A stretch of 64,000 nt of DNA from Owenia fusiformis. Its lineage: Eukaryota. Below, piece after piece: positions 1 through 14,211 of the stretch (the stretch's first letter is position 1; the number at the start of each line of letters is the position of its first letter). The stretch lies in the NCBI GenBank assembly GCA_903813345.2, contig CAIIXF020000001.1, positions 26,350,001 to 26,414,000 on the forward strand, given 5' to 3'. Position numbers and translations under genes: made by a program. Below the pieces are notes generated by a model. It was given only the letters and a program-made list of their open reading frames with translations. It ran no database searches and was not told the DNA's origin.

Positions 1-427
1 CAAAGGTTAACTATCTGCTTAAAAGAAATTTGAAGACATGTCTTAATATAGTGAAATAACACTTGAATTTGCTTAAGCATCAATAGGCAATATATTATCT
101 AAAGTAAGTGGTGTAGAGGGTGTCACCTTGTACTCTCATACATAAAGATTACAAGTCACCCTAATGTGAATTCAACTACAACCAAAGAAGCCTCAGATAT
201 CTAAAAAGGTAAGAAACATAGAATTGATTTAATGTTTACAAATCTAAAAAAAAAAAGGTTATATAATTCATGTTAATTCATGTAATAGAGGGTAAACAGT
301 CCACATTTGAATGTTAATTGATGGATTTGAATTTAAATGTATATTTGACAGTGGTTTTGATATTTGTACTTCGATTTCACTTTTAGTTTGATTTGTCTCT
401 GTGTAAACTGGTTAGACCTTTTTAGTT

Positions 428-754
428 CAGTGGTGTAGCGTGGGTATTTTGTTAGTGTACACTACGAGTGAGCCAAGAGAACAAGCCTTGTGGGGGTGGG
501 GGGTCTAAGAAAATTTGAAAGTGAGATTACATTTGAAGTGTTCCGGGTGTAATTCGAAATTATGACTAATGTGGACTAATAAAATGTAAATTTTCATTTT
601 TAAATGATAGCATGATAAAATAGGTGCCTCTCGAGAATAGATATATAATATCCAGTATTTTTAAAGTTTGGGGCAATTCAATATAAAAATCAACTTTTCT
701 TTAAATTTTGAGAGTTGCCATAGCATTTTATGCATATATGATGCTACGCCAGTG
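428..754. mobile_element. Decayed hAT-like MITE
   Basis: cagtggtgtagc ... gctacgccagtg with a G-run interior; TSD not preserved. Confidence 0.4.
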
Positions 755-3005
755 AGTTAAGTGGTTACCAAAGGGTTTTCAATATTTCATAATGTTGACA
801 TTTAGTATGAAGAGCTTTTCTGTAAATTTGGTGTATCCCTTCAATCAAGTGAAATACATTGTTGGTTTGATGGAGGTTTTCAGTATTGAATTATTTGTAA
901 ATAGGGATGCAAACAGCCAGATTACTATTACTTTACACCAGAAGTGGCGACCTTTGTTATTATAGTCTCAAATATTTTTGTGTTTGGTAGTTGGAGTTCA
1001 GCATTCAGTGTCTGTAATAGTGGTCAGTATCTGTAACAAATGGCAGGTGATGCAATTTTGCATGTTAATGCCTTTTATCTAAGTAGTATATGCATTTATT
1101 AATTTGTCACTTCATACAAGATTTTGGAAGAATTGCATAAAAGAGGCTTAGCAAATTGATCCTCTGAATGAGAAAAATCAGTATTTTTGGCTAATACTTG
1201 GAGGCTCAATTTCGATACTGTTAATGTTTTTGTAAAAAATATTGATTATATCAGCTGCTGAATAAACTGTGAAATAACATCATGTCACATATCATTGATT
1301 TGTAAAATAATTTGTGAAAAGTATCCTTGCTATATTGATTCAAAATGAAAACTGAAACTTAATGACAATTTGCACATATACCGTAGTACATATTACATAA
1401 TTTTATTTTACAATAATTTGAATTTATTCCATAAGCTGTAATATCAAGGCACAAAATTAACAAGAATCAATCCATCATCTTCAAAAGTAATGGTTAAATC
1501 AACCTAAGATGTAATTTCATACAGTTGTTACCAGGATACTGTATATCTGGTATTTAATATTAAGGTCAATCAAACCTTTTCAATTTTACATTGCAGGGTT
1601 TTGCTTAGATTTACACATATTGATTAATTCATTTTATAAATCATTTGCATTTTGCCAATATCAGGGTTTGGGATTGAGGGTGGCCTGTGTAAACCTATTG
1701 TAGCACACATAGTGTTGGTGAAGAAACAATCACATGTCTTTGCATCACCACCAAAAATGGTAGCTTATTGTAATTGTTACTTTTTGTGACTTGTGTCCAA
1801 TGTTTGTGTCAGCATCAGTGTTCAGCATCTGTAACATATTGTCACAATTCAGTAATTGCAACCAGGTGGTGACATTCTGGGTATCTTATGCCTTGTTTAT
1901 TTTATTTTACCGTAGTTGGTGAGAATATATGTCAAAATTAAACAGAGAACATGAAACTGAATTGACTAGACTTCTATTACTTGATCCTTATCTCGTCTTT
2001 GCGAGAGACATTTGGAAAGATCATGACAGAGGTAGTTATCATGACACAGTTGGACTGCTTTATGGTAATTATATTGTATGTATATGTAGTGCAACATAAC
2101 TTCACATGATTGGTGACTAATTTTATTGATTTGGGTTGAGGGAGTTATAGAATTATCATCCATCTGTTTGTCTGTCCATCCGTCCATTCATCCATCCATT
2201 CATCTGTTAGTCTCCTTGGTGGCGTATTTTGAAATTGACAAGATGGCACAGCAGAAATGTTAATTTGAGCCAAATTTTTCTAAAGCATTACATATTTTCT
2301 CTAATATGAGGCCCTTTTTGCTAATTACATGTTTTTCTTAAAAAAGATAATCTTGTCTGGCTGGTGGGTAGCTTGTGACTTTTGCTTGTTTTACTATTTA
2401 TCTTTAATTTATTTTCAACAGGCAATGAATGGGACTTTTTGTTAAATCATAATAAAGGAATTTAGAGTACATGTAGATATACATGTATCAGGCTTTAGAT
2501 TTTTGCAGCATGTTCAAAATATCTTCCATCATTTAGAGGAACATCTGGGAACCTAAAATGAGTATTGGCCAGAAATCTGAAAAAATAATTCAATCATCTG
2601 CTTTGGCATTTTTGCCAGAAATATTGAAAATTAAGCATATTTTGAAAAATGTCAAAACTCCCATAAAAGAATCAATATCTACAAGCCGATTGTCAGTGAT
2701 AAATATTTCGTTTGTTGGGATTGCTAGTAGCATGTGGAGTTGTCGCTGTCTAGTTAAACTATTGATTTAGATATTTTATTGCGTACCATATCTTCAGTTA
2801 TTGACAATTAACATGCAACAGTCATCTGTGTAAAAACTCGAAAAGATTTGTAATTTTATGATATTGTCCACTTTGAACTTCATATGCACTATGGATAATA
2901 TGGACATCTTTTATATCGCCAAAAGTGTATCAAAATCACATAAATGCTTGCTTGGGATACATCTTACATTTATTTCCGTTTGAGTATTTTAAATGTCAAT
3001 TTGAG

Positions 3006-3214
3006 TACTGTATTAGTGGTATTTAATCTCGAGTGAATATTTTCCGAATGGTCAAATTTCATCATTTTCCTAATTTTACTTTTCCTAATGACAAGAAACC
3101 TCACATTGGATAACATTATAAAGACAATATTTCCGACATTTAATTTTCTGACCCTGGAAAGGATTAGGAAATAGGCAAATTAAATGATTAGGCAAAATTA
3201 CCACTTATACAGTA
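3006..3214. mobile_element. TACTGT...ACAGTA MITE
   Basis: tactgtattagtggtattt / aattaccacttatacagta. Confidence 0.65.
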
Positions 3215-3855
3215 TACTTAATAAAAACTGTTCCATATATACATTGTTGTCAAATAGATGTATAAGAGCAAACAGGTTGCGAAGACCCAGGGGCTGATGT
3301 TCCTGCAAGATTTACACCTGTATACCAATAATAAACTACCTGTCAAACACCTAGAAGAAATGAACAGTTTCAAGCTATTTAACTAGAGGTCTAGTGCTAG
3401 GTGCCTCTAGGTGAATCCTTTGTAATGATCACCTTTAATGATATTTCTGCTTTCAACTGAATTAATATCGAGCAGTCTGTGGTTAGAAAATAATGGACTT
3501 TCATATGCATCTTTGGACATGAAAATTTTAATATTTAGTCTCTAATTAGCTGCCTTTGTCCACAACCTGAGTGCTAATCATTGACAAGGCAGATCTAGCA
3601 CAAGATACATTAGCTTCAGTTGGAAGCTGGTCAATTTTTTTAAATACCACACTGCAGTTTTCTAGCAAGTGGCCATAAATGCTTATCATAACAAAAACAG
3701 TAGGCCATTGCTGTTATAAGTTATAACACTGATCTTGATATTGAACTTGAGCCAATCTGGATATATTTGATCTATATTTGCATTGTCTGGAAAGGAATAC
3801 TGACAGGAAAGGAGATTTCAAATAAGGATCTTTATTGACATACTGCAGCATCAGA

Positions 3856-3897
3856 ATGAGTTTCTGCACATTGTTTGGATCATTTAGAAAGTTTGAG
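3856..3897 (+). CDS. Candidate alternative first coding exon (MSFCTLFGSFRKFE)
   Basis: ATG with A at -3, 14 codons, donor GAG|gtaaga; phase 0 fits exon 15631. Confidence 0.5.
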
Positions 3898-5991
3898 GTA
3901 AGAGTCTAATTACATTTTCCTCAATGCCTGTTCTGAAAATGTAGACTGAATGGAAAGATTTTTGAACCATGTACCTCTATTCCAGAATAAAGTCAACAGA
4001 GAAAATGTGCACATTAAGTTTGATCTGGGCTCTAATCAATCAGTTTTTTTTATTTTTGAATTATGCTTTGTGGATATATGGCAAAATCAAACAATTAAAA
4101 GGGTAAGGTTTCAATGTTGACTAATTACTAGATCAGCTGATGAACTTCTATTCAGACACTGGGTGAATCACTCTTAATTCTCATCAAACTTTTACTTTGA
4201 CATTTCATTGACATTTATTGTTTCTTTTGACAGCAAAGAGCATCAGTCAGCTTGTTTCTTGCCTTAAGGTCATTAGGCTCACTTATTTTCAGATTTATTT
4301 CTCTTTCTGTCTTTAATCTTCCTTCACTTTAATTTGAAAATTCCATTATCTTAAAATGCATAAACTTATATTGTCATTTGTTCTATCATTCAAATTAGGC
4401 TTTTTATTACACAGGGCATTAAATAAGAAATTAAATATATATTGGCCTGATATGTAGGTATATTGAAGGCTGTCTGTGCTATTGGCATATATTGAGTTGA
4501 TGAATACCAATCCTCAATAGATCAACCTTAAATATGATGAAATTGATACATTATTTGGATACATTACCTACATAAAATGTTATTTTACCAAGACCAATGT
4601 TCAAAAATCATGGTTGCGTCGTTGGCAATAACTTTGTATTAATCTTGGCAATGGACTTGACCTCTGCAGTTCAGGAGCCTGATCAAGATGCATTTTTGCT
4701 AGAGCTTGACTTTATTTTGTTCTTTAAATTTGAAATTGAATTAGAAAAACTGTTGGAGCAAGCCTATATCTAATCAGAATGTTCAGCCAGAATTTCTTCA
4801 CAATGTTTTTCCAAATGAGTAGCTGACTTTTATGCCACATTAAAGCTCCAATGAAAGAACACAAATACTCTATTTGAAAATTGAGGTCAAAACTGTAAAA
4901 TCATTTTTAGACAGAGTATAGCTGATGTGGAATGCAGGGTACATATTTTTTCAAGACCTTCCCCCTGGGATCTACTGGCTTCAACTATGTGACTAATATT
5001 GCAATCTTAGTCTATATTAAATGAATGATTAAAACAATAAAAAACATAATAACTTAATTTCATTTCCTTCAGAGTAAAATGTTTTATTTAAAGTAAATGA
5101 ACTTAAGTTATTATTAATATATTACCAGAGTGATGAATTTACACAGAAATAAAAAACATATAAATTGAGAATAATATCAACTGATGCTTGATTCTTCAAA
5201 TTAAAATTTTTGAAAGTTATTTTGACAATGAGGAATTTGCTGCATTTTCTCATAAGGATTTAGTTGTTATTACTTTAAGATGTTACCTTGATGAATTTTC
5301 TTATGTCACAAAGATGTCACTACAAACAGACCTTATTTGGTTGGAACAAATGAATGCGTTTCAGCAAAAATATATGTTTTTGTATGTTAATAACTTTGCC
5401 AAGTTGTTCTCTCTCACACACATTCATCATATACTGCATGTATGTTAATCAAAAAGCAATATCTAACATGACCTGTTTACTTTATAAGGAAAGGTAAATG
5501 TTCACTCCTTTTTGGCCTACCCTTTGGAAAAGGGATTAACGTCCTCTCATACTCTTACATAACTGATAAACAACTAAACATGCTGATCAAATCAGAGTCT
5601 TATCCCATTAAGGTTGCTCTTAATATTTACAATATGAATATATATAAGCATGACTATATGGGGCTCTCTGGTTGATTACTAAATCATAAAGTCATTAAAG
5701 TCAAAGTTAGAGGATAGTTATATTACTAGCCAATATGCTCAGGGTAGTTTCAGGCATACAAAATATAAATTTATAAAAAACTGTTTCAATTGAGAGATGT
5801 CACTTGCTCTTTAGCTTAAACAAAGCTGTTTCAAAACAACATCTAACCAAGCAGAAATTAACATAAACATGCGATAAGTTATAAGGTTAACATTCTAGTT
5901 AAGGAGTGTGCCTGTTCAACACTTTTTGAAAAGTTTTCATAATACTGGAATTTAATACCAGTCAATTAACTGTCACAGAGAAAAACACAGA

Positions 5992-5997
5992 ATGCCG
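5992..5997 (+). CDS. Candidate alternative first coding exon (MP)
   Basis: agaATGCCG|gtaaga, phase 0. Confidence 0.35.
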
Positions 5998-7196
5998 GTA
6001 AGATAACAATTTAAAGTTCAAATATATTTAGCACTTATATGCATTAATTTGTTTGAAAAAGCTTTAGAATATGACAGCTTTTAGATTTAATATGCTGTCT
6101 GTACACAAATGTCATTAAAAATTGAATTTAATGTTCTGAAGTTTGAGGCTTTCAAGGCTATATTTTTATGACTGTGCAAACTGCAGTATTGTGTATATGT
6201 CTATGTATTTTAATAGGTATATCCACTGACAATTTATATATATATATCCATATCAGGTGAAAAGACCTGTTTGATTTGGAAGCCAACATTTGCATATTAT
6301 GACTTTATGATATTTCAGCTAACATGTACATGTGTAGTAGGACATGTCATTTGAAAATATTTTTATGATATTAACCGGTTGACCAAAACCGGAAAAGATT
6401 AATTTTCTGAATCATTTGTTAAACCTCCAAAGTGGGTACATGAACTAAAATAGTGACCAATACATAAATCCTTAGTGGGTTTAACATGTACTTATAATGT
6501 GAAAAGCCTAGGAAACCTTTTTTCTGCTTACCATGACTCCATAAATCTTTTTAGTAGTTGTGTCAACTTTTGATGGAGTTTAATGTGTATACACCACTAT
6601 GTGGATTTTATGATTTTCATGACGTCAAGCACTGTTCATTTTTGGAGCCTATTGATACTCTAAAAGTGGGCTTTGGCAGTTGATGTAGTGTATGCCAATT
6701 CTGAATGAGTGAAAGCAAGTTTAATTGCAGGATAAAACATAAGTAGAGAGGAGTTTCTTGCTCTGTTGGAGACCAAGGAAGTGTTGCATTTTGCTTTCCA
6801 TTGAGCCAAATAAGATTAAAGTTAATATTAGGTTAGGTATAATACAGAAACAAATAAGTTGCCAAGAATTGACATACCAGTTATATCCAAATCAAAGATG
6901 ATGAACGATTTATGAGACAATAGTTGAGTATTACTTGTTGATGTGGTCTGTCCATAGAACCTATTGAACTGCATCAGTTTGGAAATATTTGCTCACAATA
7001 TGAATTATTTCAAAGGATACCTTTTCTGTAAGGATATTATAGGAGATGCATCATAAAGTGGTATATAGGTTACAGATTGATATAATGAAACTGAAGCTGA
7101 GATACCTGCTAAGTTATAGAATCTAACATGATACCTGTAATGAGTTAAGAGCAGTTATCAAAGTATACATAAGAGGCATCATATCTTCTATCCAAG

Positions 7197-7238
7197 ATGT
7201 CGAACTTTATAACAAGAGCCTTTATCAGGTTTAAAAAG
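7197..7238 (+). CDS. Candidate alternative first coding exon (MSNFITRAFIRFKK)
   Basis: aagATG, 14 codons, donor AAG|gtaaat, phase 0. Confidence 0.5.
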
Positions 7239-8987
7239 GTAAATGTATATGATTATTTTTGATTTATATATGTTTTGTGTTTTTGGCTCTTGAGGATGAT
7301 GAAGGAAAGTATGGGAGGATATTTTTATGTGATCTTGAATAAATGATAAAAGAAATATGTTTTCATCATAAAAGAGAAATGGTTAATAAATATGCTGCAT
7401 TTACATTTGTTTATGCAGGCCTGCCATTCTTTCTATTTCTTCTATTCAGCTATATCTCAATGTCTTAGAAAGAGGCGTGGATTATGTTCAATTGTCAACA
7501 GTTGATGGATTCAGGAAATGGATGAATGAGTTGGTTAGTAGGCAAAATCAAAATTTCCAAAATTCATTATTTGGTTAGAGGATGAGGAATGGGGAGGGTG
7601 TTCAACCACATGAATATTAACTTAGTTTTCCACATTGTCAGCATTTGAACACCATTCTTAAGGACCATAATGGAAATGGTTGGAGAAAAAGCTCTTGAAA
7701 GTAAACACCGAGCTCAAATATAATCATATGAATATTTTTTATTCAACTACATGTATTGTAGTAAAGCGTACATGTGCAACAGTTGATATGTATGTTGATG
7801 GCTATTGTCTCTAAAATAAAACAAAACAATGGGATGTAAAACATACAATTGAATATAATTACAAGTTCTAAAACAATACAATAAGATACATTATGTTGGC
7901 CTTGATCATGGTTTTTACATTTTTAACTTGACCTGCAAGGGGTGATTTTAAAAATGGTGATTATGTGTAGCTTGAGATAATCATTGCTGATGGGATATGT
8001 AGTTGTCTTTACATGTTTATATCACTGCATGAAACCATTCAGCTTTTAAATGGTTTATATTCAAAGACCATATTAATGATAAAAAAGAACATATCAATAT
8101 TTTTGCTCTTTGCTCACTGGTATAAATCTTTCCATGTAATGTTTCTTAGATAAATGGTTCATGAATTTGTTGGTATTCTTAAGTATGGTATGCTACCTTA
8201 CTACATTCAACCTTGTCCCTTGCTACCTTCATCATCGTACCATAAGATTAAACATGTTACCGGAATGCATAATTGGCAACAAAATGTTTGTAGAGCTAAA
8301 AGAGAAATATTGGTAAAATGGTGAATGGAAGACATTATATAACACAATCCATGTACAGTACTATGTTTAAAGTAAATACAGTAAGTAGTAAGTAAGTGAA
8401 ACTCTTGATGTTAACATGCCTTTGGGTTTAGAAATAGAGTTCTCTACAAGATTACCTCCCTTTGAATTCTCTATTAAAACACAAAGCTTTCACCATTGAA
8501 ATATAAACATGGTCGTCATATTTTTGACATCCTGTTTAATATCCAGTTGGATCATATCCTTGAGTATCATTGTACTTTCATGGCCAATGTATTTATGTCA
8601 TACTTGGCACGGCACAGTTCAATGAACCTATCTGATCATCTCTTTTCAAGGCATTAGTCCATATACCACAGGTATGTAGGCTATCACAACATCTTTAATA
8701 AAAAGATGGTTTGTTGTCATGCCATATTGGTTTATGATACATAGATATGATATATAGAATGGTATCATGACCCAGCATTGATTTCTTAAACCTATGCCCT
8801 TGGCTTGGTTGGTCTGAAAAACACCTTTGATGCCTTCTTTCACTTCGTAGACCATGAGCTTTAAACAGAAAAATTAGCCTATAAAATATATGGCAGAAAA
8901 TTTGGTTCAATCATTGAAGGAAGCTCATTGGAGATGATCCAGCAAAGCAACAGTTTGACATTGTACAGTTCACATTGGTGAAGTCTG

Positions 8988-9691
8988 AATAGACCTTTTT
9001 TACTTTCACCGATTTCAACAACAGGGTCCCAATACCAACTTGATTACTGTAAATCGATACAGTAATTGCATATTTTCAAAATTTATTTTTGAGCATAAAC
9101 TCTATACTTTCACCGACATAGAGATATGATTATGATATAATTTACTTAATGAAAATGACTGTAAACCCATCATTTATCTTGTTTTTATTTTACTTTCACC
9201 GATATAGAGATACGAGTACCGACAAATGATATAGAATCCCGACTTATGCTAATGTTATAGGACAAGTTTCTATTTGCAATATTAATTTTAGCGATTTATT
9301 TACAACCTCATCCATTTGCCAAGAACACACACAATTGACAGCCAAAATATTAAAAGACATTGGATATGATTCACAATAATTACAATAATCAAAAAGAGTT
9401 TATTCAAATAATTTAATGAATTTTCAATAAATATTGATTACAAATAAACCATTCATAAACGTCTATATATTTCGTAATATTTCATTAAAATAAAAACAAG
9501 ATAAATGATGGGTTTACAGTCATTTTCATATAGTAAATTATATCGTAATCATATCTCTATTTCGGCGAAAGTATTGAGTTCATGCTCAAATATAAATGTT
9601 GAAAATATGCAATTACTGTATCGATTTACAGTAATCAAGTGGTTATCGGGACTCTAGTTGTCAAAGTCGGTGAAAGTAAAAAAGGTCTATT
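8988..9691. mobile_element. Foldback MITE with ~205-bp inverted arms, superfamily unclear
   Basis: AATAGACCTTTTTTACTTTCACCGA ... TCGGTGAAAGTAAAAAAGGTCTATT; arms at 8988-9192 and 9486-9691. Confidence 0.88.
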
Positions 9692-11139
9692 AGCACAAAA
9701 CTCTAGTTCTCCAGTTTTCTATTGTTTTTATGTTAATTTGAAAACATCTGATTCCATTGATCATCAGCAATATTTCTTTTAAAATGCAAATGATAAAGTG
9801 ATGTTCAGTAGGGACATTTGCATCAATACATTAGTGTACATCTGTACATTGTCCATAAAATCATTGCTTATGCAGGGAACCTTTTCAGTACAGAAAGTAA
9901 AAATGTGATTCAAGGTGAAACATTTGTAAAAATAATGTCTTTATAGGCTTTAATATCAGATTAAGATGTATAAGGATATGTAGATTATTAAACTGTGAAT
10001 CGCTAACTCTTGTCATCTTCACATAAGTTTTCTCTGTTTTCTTGAACCATGTTGAAGATGGGGAACCATTGATACCTCTTGATTTGTATCAACTTTTATT
10101 TGTCATTAATATTTTTTGCCTCTGGTGTGTAAGTTAAGTTGATTGGTACTTGTATTTTATGGGCTCTTTCAGGCTCTCCAGTGTCTACTTGATGCTGAAT
10201 CAACCACTTTATACTACTATAGCAATTATTGATATCCCATCACTCTTGTCATGAAATTACTCAATGACCCTCTTAAAAGGTAATTACATTTTCAGGGTAA
10301 CATACTTTTACCTTGGCTCCATCTCCAATTCAGTTAACCATACTGCCTTATAACAGATGATTTATTCTCTCATTTAAAGAGTATATATAAAGTAAAGATC
10401 TTGCAATGGGTACCGAACTGATTGAATTACAGTTGCCAGTTGTCCGGTAGAGTAGTATAGTACAAATTGACTTCCAGAAGTAGATAAACTTAGAGCTCCT
10501 TGTCACCCTGACTTTCATCTCACATTAGAGTAGAGAAATATCTGAATGCTTGGTCAGTAAAAACTCCTCTGTCAAAACTGGTCTAAGCTTTGGTGGTGAC
10601 TTATTGTTATAGTCTCTTTTTTGTGGATGATGTTCAGTAGTTGGTGTTTGTTGTTTGGTAGTCAGTGTCTGGCAGCGGTAACAAATGGTAAGTGGTGACA
10701 TTTTGCATGTTAATGCCTTGTCATTTTTTTCCTGGTTTATCCTCCAAGTTTGTTTTTGCTGGTGTAGAGAATTAAATTCATCTAGATAAAAAGATGTCAC
10801 ATCTTGCTTGGTTATTTGCTAGCTCATCCTTGCTGCAAGGGTATTTTATAAATATATAAACATAAATGAAGTCCTTTGAAGAAGGATGTGCTAGCTACCA
10901 ACAATTAGTTTCTGAATCCCCTGGGTGTCACAAGGTCTCATAGAAAGACCATTCCCACAATAATCAGCACAATTTTAATATAAGATTCAGTACTATTTAG
11001 CAATTTGTGAGCATGAGAATCATTGCAAAATATTGAATGATTAATTAATGGTAATTTGCTAAATCTATAGGATCACATAATGTATCATATCATGAGTTTA
11101 TTATTTATGATGCATACTCATCATTGTGGGATCAACAGT

Positions 11140-11200
11140 TGACATGTAATCGGGAGGTTGTGGGTTCGATTCCCACCAGGGTGGAGTGACTTTTTCACAT
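11140..11200 (+). mobile_element. tRNA-derived SINE fragment
   Basis: T-arm/B box gtgggttcgattcccac; 5' half decayed. Confidence 0.6.
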
Positions 11201-12806
11201 CACAGCCCTTAGCATGGGATTTGATCCTATGTTTTTAGATTAACCAGTACTATCCCTCTCACAAGCTTTAGCTAAAGAGAGACTGATAATTCAGAATGCA
11301 TGCTCGTAGATCCACACAATCTTAGCGTGGCATTGAGATTATTGTTGTTTGCAGATTGCACCAATATAACTTGCCAATTTGAATGAGCAGAATTCTCTGC
11401 TGTTTCTCTGTTTATTGATTTAATTTGTATGAAAGGTGAAGTGTATAGGTAGAATTTATTGTTATTCTATAAAGCCTATACACATTATGCATGGCAGATC
11501 GTTAGCTGGAGAGATTTGTGCTTCACCTTCTCTAATAACTACATTTACAGGTCTAATAACTGCACTGATCTGAGCTGCTGGTATATAGTCTAATAATTCA
11601 CACAATTGTTATGTATTGTTGGGATTAGTGTGATATTGCGAAGGGTATTAGGACATTTAGATAAGAAAGATTCGACCTGTAGATGTATGTTTAGAACCAG
11701 ATAGGAGATTCACAACGTAAGATATAATTATGTGTCGTTATTATGCCACATGGTAGATTCTAGATTGATGTGGCATATAGTATAATACGTTGTAATATAG
11801 TATAATGAGCTGCAATATAGTATAGAAAGCTGTAATATAGAGGTACAGGATAGAACCACGGGATAGATGTACAGGAAATACATTCAAATTGGGAGTAAGT
11901 AAAACCAACTTTAACACAACCATAACACAATTCTTTTATACTTGGGGTAAAATTACCTCACCCAACAAAAATACTTCTGTCAACTGTGGCAAAAAGATTT
12001 TAATGGTATACAGGCAAGGCAAGGGTATGTGACTAAATAAGGTAAGGCATGGATAGGTGTCTCTCTTCTCCATTGGTTTATATGACCTTGTAACACATTC
12101 TCTTTACAAATTCAGGGACAGCCGGGCTACATTAAAGTAGAGGGCTGATATATTAGATCTGCGGGACGATGTTTTGCTGAGTGGTAAAAAAGAATTTAAA
12201 GATGTTTAACTTACTCTTGAATGTGTAGTTTCATTTGCTAACATTTTAGTCAAAAGCAGCATGTGTACTTATCTTAAGACTGATTAGCAATCAATAGGTG
12301 TTCAATAGTGTTGTATCTTTAATCACATCAACTACTTCAGTATGAGGTCTTATTGAATGTTATCATCTAATGAGCTTATAAGTTATGGTAAATACTGGCA
12401 TATATTTTTGTATGGGAAACAATTTAACCATTGATCATTGATCTGACCATGGTCTTTCCCACCAAGTAAAGCCCTTACTTGGATGAAGAAGAGCCTTACA
12501 AAATCTCACTACTCATGATCACCAAGAATATCCTCATGAACTAATTTTTTGCATTCATGATACAGCTTTCACCTTAAAGTTGCATTTGCTTGTTCAACTG
12601 ATTATATTTGCCAATGTTGATTGCTTGATTGATCATTTTGAGGTTCTTGCATGTAATTACTTAATTGAAGAGTATAATTTGTCCTACATGTAAAACAAAT
12701 TAATTCTCAATATTAGAAGAACTTATCTGTTGCCCACTAGATCTTTATTTATTGTATGATCTGTAAAATGGAGCCCTCTGATTGGTCAGTTCTTGTGCTG
12801 TACCAA

Positions 12807-12899
12807 TCTGTATTGCTACTGAGATTGTCCCCGTTGATCATCTCCGTCGCAATACAGAAAATATTGGTACAGAGGGGACAATCTCAGTAGCAATACAGA
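12807..12899. repeat. 26-bp perfect inverted repeat
   Basis: tctgtattgctactgagattgtcccc / ggggacaatctcagtagcaatacaga. Confidence 0.85.
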
Positions 12900-13469
12900 G
12901 GATCACACGATAAAAATGTTGTACAGAATTGCTCGAGCAGAATATATCATGTATTGCACTTGAAATCATTCAATAACTTATAATATTTTTTTATTTAATT
13001 AGCAATACAATCATAGCAAACTTATAGAATTAAGGCCATGATGAACAAACTTAAATGGTATTGCATCAAGTCTATCTTTTTTCTTCCCCTACATGACAAA
13101 TAAGTATGAAAAGAAGGTGGCTTTACCACTTTAGAAGAGTGGGCTTGATGCATGAGTGAAAAACTAGGTAGATAATAAAATTAACCTACTTTAGCCTAGA
13201 TTATGGATTATTTAACATGATTTGTGTAATTTACAATTTTTGTTGACACATTCCATCTCATTGATGATGATTATCCTAATAAATAATTATAATTAATCAA
13301 ATGCATATATTCATGTAAGCTTCATGAATTAAACCCTAATGATATATTACTATAGAAATATTTTTCGTAATATTTTTGTAACATTATTTGCATGTTAAAA
13401 ACATCTTCTACATGTCTAGATATATAATATCTGTACAGTGTAAATATCTTTGAAATTATATGAGAATCT

Positions 13470-13823
13470 TAAAATTTACTTCATTGAAGTCCTGCAGATT
13501 TTTTTTGTCAGAACAAAAATTTTATAATTGTCTATATCTGGAAATGATGGCACTAATCCAACTAATGCATTGAAATCAGACCTGACTGATTTATCCATGA
13601 GCCAGAAAATATCTCTTATTATGTTTGTTCTGTTGATCGTAAGTTTGGAATCATGATCAGTAATTGCAGTTCCAGGACATTTAGTGTTATCTTTCTCAAT
13701 TTAATTAAGGTAAGTGGGTTGAAGATATATGTCGCTTTAATTGTGATAATAATCCATTTTACTGTAATGTTCCATGTAGTTCCATGTAAAAAAATCTGCA
13801 GGACTTCAATGAAGTAAATTTTA
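13470..13823. repeat. 36-bp perfect inverted repeat with a ~280-bp spacer
   Basis: taaaatttacttcattgaagtcctgcagattttttt at 13470-13505; reverse complement at 13788-13823. Confidence 0.9.
13653..13709 (+). CDS. Candidate alternative first coding exon (MISNCSSRTFSVIFLNLIK)
   Basis: atcATG, 19 codons, consensus donor AAG|gtaagt, phase 0. Confidence 0.4.
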
Positions 13824-13957
13824 TCAAGCATTTTGAGAATCATCACCATATTGAAACAATGGTAAAATGCACAAGATCTTGGTCTTCCTCATAAAAGTCC
13901 TACTTAGAATCATATTACACTTTCTTTTGATAATTTGGCAAGTGAGCAATCATTTAG

Positions 13958-14075
13958 AAAATGGTGGCCATTTTTATGTGTTATTTTATCATTTTTGCTA
14001 TAACTGAAAAAGTAGTAGAAGGATTTTGTAAAAATGGCAGCTATGGCTGTTCGATGGGATTTGCTATGCCTGGAT
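13958..14075 (+). mobile_element. Truncated 3' fragment of the HINE family at 52140
   Basis: Shares aaaatggtggccatttt, ctataactgaaaaagtagt and gttcgatgggatt with that element. Confidence 0.7.
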
Positions 14076-14211
14076 ACTATAATGGGTAGTGCTGATGTAT
14101 TTGAATGCCTTGCTTTTTACAAAGTTCAGTTTGTCGATATACAAGTTGGAAAACTGGATCTTGATAAAGATGAAACCTATTCTGATTAATTGTTTTCTGT
14201 GGTTATATTTC

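Noticed and set aside
150-214. Strong donor AAG|gtaaga at 208 as a coding exon
   Set aside because: No ATG-initiated open frame reaches the donor; at most a UTR exon.
11140-11200. Functional tRNA gene
   Set aside because: Only the T-arm/B box is intact; no acceptor or D stems.
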